Source: Hydrurus foetidus
Taxonomy: Eukaryota
DNA length: 64,000 nucleotides
NCBI GenBank assembly: GCA_900617105.1
Contig: UYFQ01000218.1
Coordinates: forward strand, 62,001-126,000
Reading direction: 5' to 3'
Shown here: in pieces, positions 53,601 through 64,000 of the stretch
Numbering within the stretch: position 1 is the stretch's first letter
How the letters are laid out: each line of letters starts with the position of its first letter
Notes under the pieces: model-generated
The model's database searches: none
Told to the model about the DNA's origin: nothing
The model's input: the letters and a program-made list of their open reading frames with translations, nothing else
Program-made: the position numbers and the translations under genes

Positions 53601-54796
53601 CTCATACCTTGATTTCCACTACCCTTATTCCTCGTCATCATCGACACTATCACAGATACCAACACATCAATTTGATCCACAAATAATAGAGGCAGAAAAG
53701 AAAATTCGTTATTTTTAGAACCCGTTTCACATTTTGTTTTCTTTTTCTCTATATGTAATTCATCACAATCCACAGATTTACTTCCCTTTTTTTGACATAT
53801 TGAATTATAAGATACATGTCTAATATGATCCATAAGATGCTTTGATATTAAATCACTCTGAAATTTTTTCAAAGATTTCGCTACACTATGTATATTACTT
53901 TCACATGAATTCGCGAGTAGCAATTTGATAGATATGCTGGTAGGTAACTCATTATTAGATGCTTTGCAGTATAAACCTTTTAAAGACTGTTTTATCTCGA
54001 ATATTTGATTGACATACTGTTCATCGCTGTAGCTTCCAGCAGTAAATGTTGCATCCCAACCCTTTTCTATCAGTGGTTTATTGTTCTGAGTCCTCTTCAA
54101 TAAAAGAACCTTCTCAGCAACTGGTAGAACTTCTTTCGAATTTTGCATCATTTCTCCTTTCTGAGCAACAAGATCCTTTTCTGCTGGTAGGAGAACAAGA
54201 CTGGCTGTAGATATTAATTGAATTTGGTTTTTTGGTATCTCTTCAATCAGTGCATCGAATTGCATCTCCTCCTCATTGCAATTGGGTTCATCACCTGGAA
54301 GGTCAGGAACACCCACGAGACTCTCTCCGATTGATAAATTAAACATTGCTCTGGATTCATTGCGGTCGTAATTCTTTTTACGGACCTGCTGTATTTTCTT
54401 TACAGCAGTAATTTTCGATGATGAACTCTCGCTCTTCAGAATCGCTCCTATTGCAGCAATCTCCTTTGGGGCATTCTCTTCCGGAGCTAATGGCATCGAT
54501 GTTTGGTTCGGAGCTGCAATTTCATTCCCTTCCAGTGAATCACTTCCGTCGTCCAATGATCTAACTAAGGGCAGTGCAGCTTTGATAGCTTTGATTGCTG
54601 TGCAGGTTGCATTACTGTCTTTGACAGCCGCCATGTTGTTCCCACTTTTCTTATCAGACATCGCCATGATTTCCTTCTTCAGCTTCTCATTTTCCTTTTT
54701 AAGCTCAGCATTATCTGCCTTCAATTTGCTGATCGCTGAACCTGCCTGAAGCACTGCGGCCTCCATCCGCTTTACGTATATTTCTCTATTATCCAT
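44685..54796 (-). CDS. Giant multi-exon protein: coiled-coil/acidic low-complexity N-terminus + C-terminal glycosyltransferase family 25 domain
   Basis: GT25 motifs: AFVINLDRRPDRW, RISAFDG, ERACAASHLRVW, YLIFEDDA, FDVCYLG, WCLHAYLLRGKAINILLNNLPINAPVDNFI, SDIRHS. Phase-compatible GT-AG junctions can link ORFs 53567-54796, 51787-53178, 50398-51003, 49211-50374, ~48775-48930, 48252-48510, ~47611-47970, ~46895-47022, ~45524-46395, ~45007-45089 and 44685-44736. Confidence 0.65.
45151..45300. mobile_element. MITE-like near-complete palindrome (150 bp) in an intron of the GT25 gene
   Basis: aattgctgatccacttttaatctggacccacccctagacacgacagtccatacacactatctgtaccgtac matches the reverse complement of the right arm, aattgctgatccatttttaatctggacttacccctataaacgacatttcacacacactatctgtaccatac. 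Loop is ~7 nt. Confidence 0.75.
47283..47575. repeat. Compound (AAAT)n/(AAAC)n/(AATC)n/(AAAG)n microsatellite, intronic
   Basis: Tandem tetramers seen directly. Confidence 0.85.
52339..52399 (-). repeat. Coding 21-bp tandem repeat x3 (I-[RQ]-N-N-[EK]-N-R)
   Basis: tatacggttttcgttattttg / tatacggtttttattattttg / tatacggttttcattattt. Confidence 0.85.
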
Positions 54797-55402
54797 CCTT
54801 CTATACTCGCTGCGGCAGAACGTGATTATGGGCGCATCGAGAAGTAGAGCTTCAAATTGAAAGCATCGAATTAAAGCTGATCAAAATGACTACCTACTCC
54901 GACTTCTAACTTGTAACATGTGAATCATCTCATCACCATGTTATTGAAGAACTTGGACCGAAACGTCAGCACTCTTAACTCTTAACACCTTTTGCCTTTT
55001 GACATGAATTATGAAGAGGGGGTTTGGAGTTTGGAGGGAATCTTCGGTGCTTTTTCTCAGATGTTTGCATTCAATGGTTACAGTACAGCAGATTGCTAAG
55101 GGCAGCTTCAGTGAAATGTTCAAGCCAGAGAGAGTCGCGAAAGCGTGCAAGAGTCTTTGAAAGGATAATGACTTTGATATACAAATTTTACACAAATAAT
55201 GAAAAAGTACAGAGCAAATATGTGATTGTAAAGTGCGTCTGCTCATAATTTACAAATAAATATAGAGAAGAAGGTAAAGATCAAGCTGATGACAATGTTC
55301 GGATAACAAGTCTCCATGATATATGACTGCTAGATTCGTTATATCTGTCTTACGGGAGTGATTTCGAGATCTATTTTCGAGCTGATTTATCACTCAGAAA
55401 TG

Positions 55403-56393
55403 CTACATATTAAAACTCTCTCCACATCCACAACTTCCCTTCGAATTAGGATTCTTGAATGTGAACTCAGATGACAGTTCAGTTTCCTATTCGCATGTAA
55501 TTGAAATTATGGGGTATTCAGAGTTAAGTGATTGCTGAAATATGAGACGCGGTTTTAGGTTATGAAATTTTAAATGAGACTGGACGAATGTGAAGTTATC
55601 TTGAATTCGGATTGACTAACCTCAAAATCCATGACAGTGCCTGCTATGAAGAAGACAGCTTTAGGATCCACTAAAACAGTGATGTCATTTGCTACGACCA
55701 CTTCATCTTTCTTTGAATTCACATCTTCAATATTGGCGTAATTCATAGTGTAGGAGTAACCGTTGCATCCTCCTTCGAATCGTAGGAGTACATGAAATGC
55801 AAGCAAATGTATGATAAGCTCGGATATCACAGAGGGGCGGTGCACAAAACAATCAGGATGCATTTTTATGCGTACTTCTTTTGACATTAATCTTGACACC
55901 GACAACATCTTCTTTATCTTCGATCATTTCTTTGATCCTATCAGTCGCTCTGTCAGTCTACGATGAATACATACAATTAACAGTTTATATCCAGATCGCC
56001 ACTAATTATCATTTTCTTGGGTTACACTGTTGGACGAGTTTAAATTCCGTAGCAGATTTCGAGGAAGGTTTACAAACATTGAAGCCATAATTCTATCGTT
56101 GTTTGCCGATCATAATCTCGAATGACTTCGATTAATTTGGCTGAAAGTGAGGTGATGGTCGGGTAAGACGACCATCAACAGCAGTAGCACTGTAGTTCTT
56201 ATGGTTAATCGTCGGAATTCTTAAGAGTGCTCACCACAGTTATTGGTGGAGGTCTGGGAGCACGGACTCTAGGTGGTGTTGCTATGGTGGGAGCGCTGGT
56301 GACTGCTTCACTCTGAGAGCTGAGATAAGCGATATTTAATCTACGAATTGCGGTTGACGGCTGCCCCCGAAGCTTCGTGCAAGCTTTTAACAT
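55403..56393 (-). CDS. ISCA1: Mitochondrial iron-sulfur cluster assembly protein ISCA1 (HesB/A-type carrier); 4 exons
   Basis: Presequence MLKACTKLRGQPSTAIRRLNIAYLSS; PPPITV|TDRATDRIKEMI...GVKINVKR|RGCNGYSYTMNY...VLVDPKAVFFIAGTVMDFE|ETELSSEFTFKNPNSKGSCGCGESFNM*. Confidence 0.95.
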
Positions 56394-56823
56394 TACAAAT
56401 AGATATGTGCCGCTGATGCGGGCGCCTTGCGAGAGTGATTTTGGGCGGCCAGAGATTCTCCGAACGTTTAGAATAAAATGCACGAAACCTTTTCCAACTC
56501 AGAAGACCGATGAGAGAGAAGAGAGAAGACGAGAAGACTGATTATTTGTGATTTGTGTTTCGCCAGAAAACGTGAAAGTACAGAATACAGATCATTGTGC
56601 ATCACGAACCCAGCCAGAACTTCCGAGTGTCCTAAACCACTCTAAACTCTAAACTCCTAAACCCTTCGTAGATCGAGCTCATAGCTCATCGGAAATGCTA
56701 TTGACATAACTTTGAGTGTCATCCGGAAACCTAACTCCCTCCTCAGGCAAAGGCGTCCAAGGAGGCCTATCCGCAGTTCTATGATGCAGCCTCTCTGAAG
56801 CTGGCACTTTCTGTACTATCGAG

Positions 56824-59800
56824 ATGACATCCCCAGGAGTGCTCTACATACATTCATCCCCATTGATCGATTTACGCAACAAGCCCTATGTTACCGACGT
56901 TGATATATTGAACTGCAGCTCAGAAAAGACAATTATATCTGATGCTATACGAGAGAGCAACCTCGATATTCATTTCCGAAGTATCATTGCAACTGTCCAG
57001 AATCTTTCTGATGCTATTGTAGCTGATGCCACAATGATCCACTATGCTGGTAATCTTACAGCTTTCCGCTCAGAGGAGCTCTGCATATTGACGTTGGTGT
57101 CTGCATTTATTGAGAAACTTTTGCTTTATCTGCACTGGATCTTTTTTAATGACTGTCACAGGTCATGGTGAAAGGAGTGCAATCTCTTTCGAAACGAAAT
57201 ACGCAGAAATATACGCCATGGATGTCAAAACGCTGAGATCATTACTGGAGGCGAGCCAGACTTCTTCCAGAACAAAGATTGTCGTAGTTAGTGCCTGCCA
57301 CAGTGAGGAAGCTGGGAGAACATTTATAGAGGCCGGTGAGTAAAGTAAACGAGCTTCTTCTCAGTCGCTTAAACATTCTGACGTCTACTGGTGATCAGGC
57401 ACCTTTGTGCGGATGCATTCTTGAGAACATATAATTGCAATGTGTGCGTTGATTATTTCATCTCTAATTATGATGCTCTGACTTTTCATCCTTCTCCTAA
57501 TGATACGATATCTCAGGAATACCTCACGTAATAGCTGTTAAGAGAGAACATCGACTGGCCGATAAAACGTCCCTAATATTCACGAAATCTTTCTATAATG
57601 CTTTGCTTCTTGGCAAATCAGTTCAGACGGCTTTCGATATCGCAGTGAGGTAAGTGCATAACGGTATTATCTTCTGTATTCATTCTCGAAGGTTTTTCTA
57701 TTGCAACTCCAAATTCGACATCTTCACCTTAGTCGACAAATTAAGAATTCGTAAAATTCATCGATTAAAATCTTCAACACTGTCAACATTTACAGCACTG
57801 TTTCAGCGATTCATGGCAGCAACCGAGGAGAAGAATTTGTTTTACTTCCCTTAAACGGCAGTCACGCTGAGTGCGTCTTTGAGAACGTTTCAAAATCAAA
57901 TCAGACAGTCAGTCAGGAAAAATTCCGATCTCAAACAATAAATTACTGTGATTGTCCTCCGTCAAATTTTATCGAAAGAGGCCGTATTATGCAAGAACTG
58001 TTCCGGCATTTTGTTGATTCTCATCGATGTGTCACGCTACATGGACAAAGAGGTTAGCTTGTCGCATGTTCCGAGTGTTGTAATCACACAATTGAAATAT
58101 AGTCGAGCGCAAATTGTAATTGATGTTAGAGGCATCATATCGCTCACAATTCTGATCATGTCTTTATTTTGAGTTATTTTTGATGGGGGAACGTTCTGTG
58201 GACAACTCAATTCCAGCACTCGATTCCGAAGCTACTCTATTATTTCAACTGATTCCTAATAGATTGTTCCGTTGCTATTCAATTTAATTCTCTTTTTTAT
58301 TTCATCTATATTATTTAGGTTGTGGTAAATCTGCCATAGCTCTACGCACCGCTTCTTTCATCGCTGAAAGAAATTTATTCGATTTCATCTTCTTCGTGCC
58401 ATTCGAACGTACGTACTTAGATCTAAAGAGTAAAAAGAAAAAAGAAATGGAAATAAAAAGAATAAAAAATCTCACAAATGATCAGAATATTCAAAATGTC
58501 AGTGACGATGCTATCAATGATAGAAATGTAATTGTCGAAATTATAGCAGCATCTATGAGAGAATATGGGGATGGAATTGGGTCCTTGGACCGTCTTTTGG
58601 ACTTCTTGATTACCCCCAACGCAAAGAGAATTCTTTTTATATTTGACGGATGTGAGGTATTTTTGTCCAAATTTTCAACTGTGTCCAGCGGCGTTATTTC
58701 GACACCAAAACTCTTGACGTATAAAAGTGTTCTTCAGAATAATTCGAATTCCATTCCGAATAATAACAATAGTAATGGTAGTGCAAACAATTCCAGTAGG
58801 ACTCCTAATTCGTCCGAAAATAGTGTTGAATTGAATCATAATGCATCCCCGGTATTTCGTGATATAATTGATAGCATGTTAAGACGGTCAGAAAATGTGA
58901 GTTTTTTGAACGTAATTACGCACAAAGATTCCTTTCTAGGCTTACTGTCACAAGAGCATGAGAACACAGTTACATTACCACCTTTCAACGATAACGATTC
59001 CGCAGAGTTTTTGGTAAAATTGTCATCACCAAAAAGTCTTAAGTTATCCAATAACAATTCATCATTGGCGTTATTTTCTCAGATGCAATTTTTGAATTGC
59101 TTAGAAGGGAACCCAAGAGCAATTGGAATATTCGCAATATTTCTTAATAATTGTTACAATACAAATAGTAAACATTTCCCGTTGAGAGACTCAGAATTTT
59201 GGATTAATTCTGCCATTGAAATCTATAAGAGAGTCGTAAACGATGGTAATGACACTGATGATAAAGAAGAAGAAAGAAAACATAAATCTGAAAAATATGA
59301 GAGAAAAAGTGAAAAAATAAATGATCGTGAGAGAGAAAAGAAAAGAAAAAGAAAAAAATTATGATTTTAGTGCAACACCGGGATTTGAAATGAAATCTAA
59401 TAATAATAACAAAAGTAAAATAAATTTTGGTTTATTTTCATCGCAACTTCCAAGTGCTACAATAAGCAATGAAAATATTTGTAGTGGTTTGCATGGATCG
59501 ATATCGTTTCTTTCTTCCCCTCCTCTACCTCGTCCCCCTTCTTCTGTATGTCTTAATAGATCTCATCTTGTGGCAAAATCTTTTTTGTCGAGCATAATCT
59601 CCACCTCTTCCTCTTCTTCCATTTTGAATTCAGATGATTTGAATTCTCATATTTTAATGTGGGCGGAACTGACAGCTAATCGTGACCCACCCCACACCCC
59701 ACGCACATATGTCGAGTGGCACGATTTCATCATCAAATTGGAACAATTACTAATTCAAGCTATTTATTCACCTAATCAAAAAGAAAATAAAGTAAATGTT

Positions 59801-60999
59801 CCTTCAAGTAAATCCGAATCATTAAAAAATCGTGGATCAAATGATAATGAAAAATTCCGGAATAATTACCGAAGAAAATTTACACATTCTGATATTCAAT
59901 TTTTGAAACAAAAAATAGCAAATCAATTATCACCAGACCGTATTATTACAAAAGAAAATAACACTCAGCTTTCCAATACTCCTCACATCTCTTCCCCTTC
60001 AACATCGACAGAACAACTATCGCCAAATTTGTCAGAATTATTTATTTCCAATTCCTCATCAGTCAGTCAGGGAATATCAGATAATACCAAAAACGGACAA
60101 AATAATGCACCGTGGAATGACAGATCTAAGGTCCTCTCTCTATCCGGTTTCAAAGAATTTTTATCATGGTGGTTGCCTTTGTTGATTTCTCTTCGAAAAA
60201 TCAAAAAAGAATTTTCCAGCGTACCGTGCGTACATGCGTCCAGTGGAGACGGACCCTGTACCTTGGTTCTAGGATTTCTGGACCGGACAAGTGCTGTACG
60301 ACTTCTTGAGACAGGTGAGTGAGTATGGGTGGGAGTGTATTGAAGTAAACTAACTGAGTTGATTATCTTAATTTATCCTATTAAATGTCATTCTTACACA
60401 CCACTTTTATTTTCTGGTATTTGCTGCTTCAACTCCATTATGAATTTCTATTTGTTCATCAGAATTCTTACTGTACGGAAAGTAGACACGCCTTTCAAAA
60501 ATCAACAAATTCCAAACTAAAGTGCACCGTCTATTCCAAACACGCTTATATTGTTATTTAGAGATGTACTACAGTAATGTCTCAAAATCTTCATGAATTA
60601 CTCATACCTAATCAAATGTCAACTAACGAATGTACCTGTTTCTTTTCTCTTTTGGAATTCGAAGTCCAAAGTCCAGGTGTGTTTTTGCTTCGATTCAGCG
60701 AGTCAAAACCGGGACAAATAGTAATAAGTTACACGGATAAAATAATAACGGAAATGGGAAAATCGGAATTTAATACTTCAAACCATGAAAGCAGTCCAAC
60801 CCATTCTGAGAGAATTATGAAATCAACTGTCGGACATTGTTTGGTTGATATTGAGGAGAAGAGTTTTATACTAAGACTTTCAAATAATGTCAGGAAATAC
60901 GATTCTTTGAAGAACCTTCTTATGGACTGCAAAAAATTGAAATTTTTCTATCCTTCATTTCCGAAAGCAACTGCATTTGAATATCTTGATAATCCTTAA
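56824..60999 (+). CDS. CHAT (caspase-like) protease - STAND/NB-ARC-like NTPase - STAT-type linker + SH2 protein; ~6 exons; apparent frameshift at ~59330-59360
   Basis: CHAT: VLYIHSSPL, IHYA|GHG, KIVVVSACHSEEAGRTFIEA|GIPHVIAV, FTKSFYNALLLGKSVQTAFDIA. NTPase: Walker A VTLHGQR|GCGKS, Walker B ILFIFDGCE, LEGNPRAI. SH2: LGFLDRTSAVRLLET|VQSPGVFLLRFSESKPGQIVISY...LKFFYPSFPKATAF. Confidence 0.85.
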
Positions 61000-61657
61000 C
61001 AATTAAAAAACGGAATTCTCAGTTCGGAGTTAGGGTCTCGTATTTTTGTGCTGGATTCTTTAATTGTAGGATTATTCCACTTATCTTCGTAGTCGATGAC
61101 GATAGCGATCACATACTGAATACCAAAGAGATTGGTACGGACAAAAGGCAGTCAACATTCAGTGTTACCTCCGGTAATAAGAAACTTAATCGTTGGATAG
61201 GCCATTAGATATTCAGACATCATACCGCTGGTTTCGAATAATACTATTTACTATTTATATTTTCCATCAAATCGAATCAATCATATCCTCCACTACAGTC
61301 AGTCTACCTATCAAAATGCGGCTTTTCTATTCCCTCTATTGTGCTTCGATAAGTGTTTCTCATAGATGCTGTTGGGTCACCCCGAATGCCATTCATCGAT
61401 GTCGACCTCCTCTCGTGGGTCGATTCCATGGTTTTCTGTTGGCAGTTACCATAAATCTCTTTCTTCAACGAAATTCATAATATCATCGCCCAACAAGAAC
61501 TCAGATGTTGAAAAAAGAAGAGATAAATAATTAGATATTGAAACTTTTAGTGTTTTTTTTGTGCTACAAAATGGTTACTTATTTATGTCGTATGATTTTA
61601 ATAAACAAATGTATCTTTTTTTTACATCTTTTGATTATCGAATGTAACCAAATTAAT

Positions 61658-63271
61658 TTAGTAGTAGTCTCTTCTGGGATTGTTTAACGGATTTGGCCGG
61701 AACCTGTACGCCAACATCATTCTTTTCCGGTACTGATCAAACTCATTATCAGTAGCTTCCACTTCGTGTGTTGCAGTGACTCCTGAAGATGTTTGTGGTT
61801 AGAGTGAGGAACAAATGAGTGGGAAGGTTGCAAGAGAGTATGCATCAGTCAGTCAGTGAGTGAGTGAGTAATTAGTCAATCCTGAGTACACCTACTGTAT
61901 GCTCTGCAGTGTGGTGTAAGCAATGAAGTGTTGTGCAACGTGGTAAAAGTATCAAAGTTCGTTGTCGTGCAGTCTGATGTAAGTAATGTAGAGTAGCACG
62001 ATGCAAACATCGCTGTACGGTGTAAAGATGGACGGAAGTTTATGAGTACAACATAGAACGAGACTTGCAAAGTGCGCATCAGTTTCACGAATTTTAAGAT
62101 GGACGACTTCAAATATTTCGTACGCACCTAGTCCAATGGTTTCACTTCCTTGTCCAGATGTGTTCAGAGGAATTAAAAGGGCATCAGCACGGGCTACAGG
62201 AATGAAGATAAGATGACGTAAAAATTAAGATTGAATAAGATTGTGTTAAATTGAAATTATGAGAAGATAGAGTTTGAAGGTGGTAATATGGAATATCATT
62301 ACAGACATGAAGTGCGTCTTGTGGCTTTTTGATTTCGTCTTATTAGAGGATTTATCAGCGATGCTGTGAATGCTTTTACTCTGATGCTCACTTTTGATGA
62401 GTTGGCAAAATTTCTCCAGAAATGAGATTTTACGTATCAGGACGAGCAAAATAAATTATTGTCAGCAAATAGAACCACTGGTGCACGAAATAAAAGAATA
62501 TCACACAAATAATTTATACGAATTCGTCCAGTAAGTACGCGTAATGAAGAAAAACTCACCAACATCCCCCAAACCACCCCCTTCCGACCATCCCGCTTTT
62601 TTCAACATCTGAAATCCAATATTGTCCCCTTGTATTTTGTGCAACTCGTAGTCGCTTTCTTTCTCCAACTTTATACCACTCACAACAGCATCGGCATTTT
62701 TCAAAAATTTATCAAGTTCTTGTTTCTGGAAGACAGGAGAAAAGAGAAAGAGGAAAAAGAATGACGGGATGAGAAGTGGAATAATTCACTACTATCCGTA
62801 TCATCTCATATTGCATCGATTCAATTCAACTGCAGTACACACATCGCTACAACATCATCAATTACTCATAACGTACAGGCAGGAAGTCCCCCATAAAATG
62901 GCTTCCTCTTCCGGCCAAAGACTGCAAATTGTTTTTCTGAGAAGTCTCCAACATTTCTTTGGCTCTTTTTCGGTGTTCCCAAGTTCCACCATCAATTATT
63001 CCTACATTCAAAAACACGGAATTTTATCAAGATTTTAGTGTGTGTAATTTATCAGATTTTGTTTGTTTTTGTATTTCATTGAGGGATAATGTCGAAAAGG
63101 TGTATCATACAGAATGCGGAAATATGATTGATAGATTATGACGAAGAAGCGGATAATTTTCAGAATGAAAGTGGAAGCAAACAAGCTGTAATAGAAGAGC
63201 AGAGGGATAAAAAACAAGCAACAAATAGAAAAGATGGATGGGCATCAATAGAGAAGTAACGTGATAATAAA

Positions 63272-63302
<31 letters not shown>

Positions 63303-64000
63303 GAAATTACAGTCACCTCTATTTCGCTCAGCATCCAATATCGTATCTTTCTCATCGTCTTCATTGTAACGCGATGCGAGTACACTGTACTCCGAGACCC
63401 TCTCTCTGTTCAGCTCCTCCAACTGCTGCAACCCTCTGTCCCCCTTACTTGTCCCTGCCTTGTCCGTACTGCTGTACGCGCTTTGCACAGCAGATCGTTG
63501 CGCGCCGTCTCTGATACGTTGCTCTAACAATTGCAATTCTTTTTGTCCCTTTATTTGAGCAGCCCTTACTCTATCTCTCTCGTTCTCTCTTTCCTTTTCT
63601 CTTTCCCTCTCTAACTCTCTCTCCATCTCCATAATCATTATTCTTTCTATCTCACCGCTGTCCATTTCTTTTTTATTCATGACTGTGTGAGATTGAACGT
63701 GACCGGTGCTGGATGGAATCGATGATCCTAGATCAACGAAATCCAATGTATAAATTAAAAATCCGAAATTTCATGCAGTGGAATAGCAATACTTCAAGCA
63801 ATCATGTGCATTCAAAATGCTCGCTGAAAATTGATGCAAAATTCTGATTATAAATATGATATATCGAGAGGGATTCACCTGTTGCAGAGTTCAGGATTAT
63901 GCCGGAACTGGCCGAAATAGAAGGACCCCACCGGTTCCTCCGGCTAGATTTTGGTGCATCGGATAGTTGAGCATCATGAGGAGGAGGAACATTTATTAAA
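61658..64000 (-). CDS. SUGP1: SUGP1/SF4-like G-patch splicing factor, 5' end beyond the window
   Basis: [16 protein letters not shown]...[20 protein letters not shown]...[24 protein letters not shown] (G-patch). Last exon [30 protein letters not shown] matches the SUGP1 C-terminal signature. Confidence 0.92.
63262..63302. repeat. (TAA)n microsatellite, intronic
   Basis: aataataataat... seen directly; it gives spurious poly-Tyr/poly-Ile ORFs. Confidence 0.9.

Noticed and set aside
61193..61500. Small gene between the SH2 gene and SUGP1
   Set aside because: Only short ORFs on either strand, with no recognisable motif or convincing exon chain.

Overview
This is eukaryotic nuclear DNA: gene-dense, with GT-AG introns and microsatellite-rich introns. 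It is probably a photosynthetic stramenopile (ochrophyte, chrysophyte-like), inferred from bipartite plastid-type leaders and the gene families present. Most short ORFs in the track are antisense or intronic noise, so I assembled gene models by hand from splice sites. Genes in order: a very large uncharacterised multi-exon gene (+), a TPR + J-domain co-chaperone (-), organelle-targeted TsaE (+), an FAD-oxidoreductase/cyclopropane-fatty-acid-synthase fusion (-), a predicted plastid membrane protein (-), RPS9 (+), a 7-repeat helicase-associated (HA)-like protein with a plastid-type leader (+), erlin (-), a CASTOR-like ACT protein (-), an ARM-like protein (-), ADF/cofilin (+, largely missed by the ORF track), a giant protein ending in a GT25 glycosyltransferase domain (-), ISCA1 (-), a CHAT protease-STAND NTPase-STAT-type SH2 protein (+) and the 3' part of SUGP1 (-). 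There are also three MITE-like foldback elements. The two most interesting candidates are the NLR-like CHAT-STAND-SH2 protein, which has intact catalytic motifs, and the modular HA-repeat protein, whose putative recognition helix carries hypervariable residue pairs. All domain calls come from recognising motifs by eye; no database search was run.
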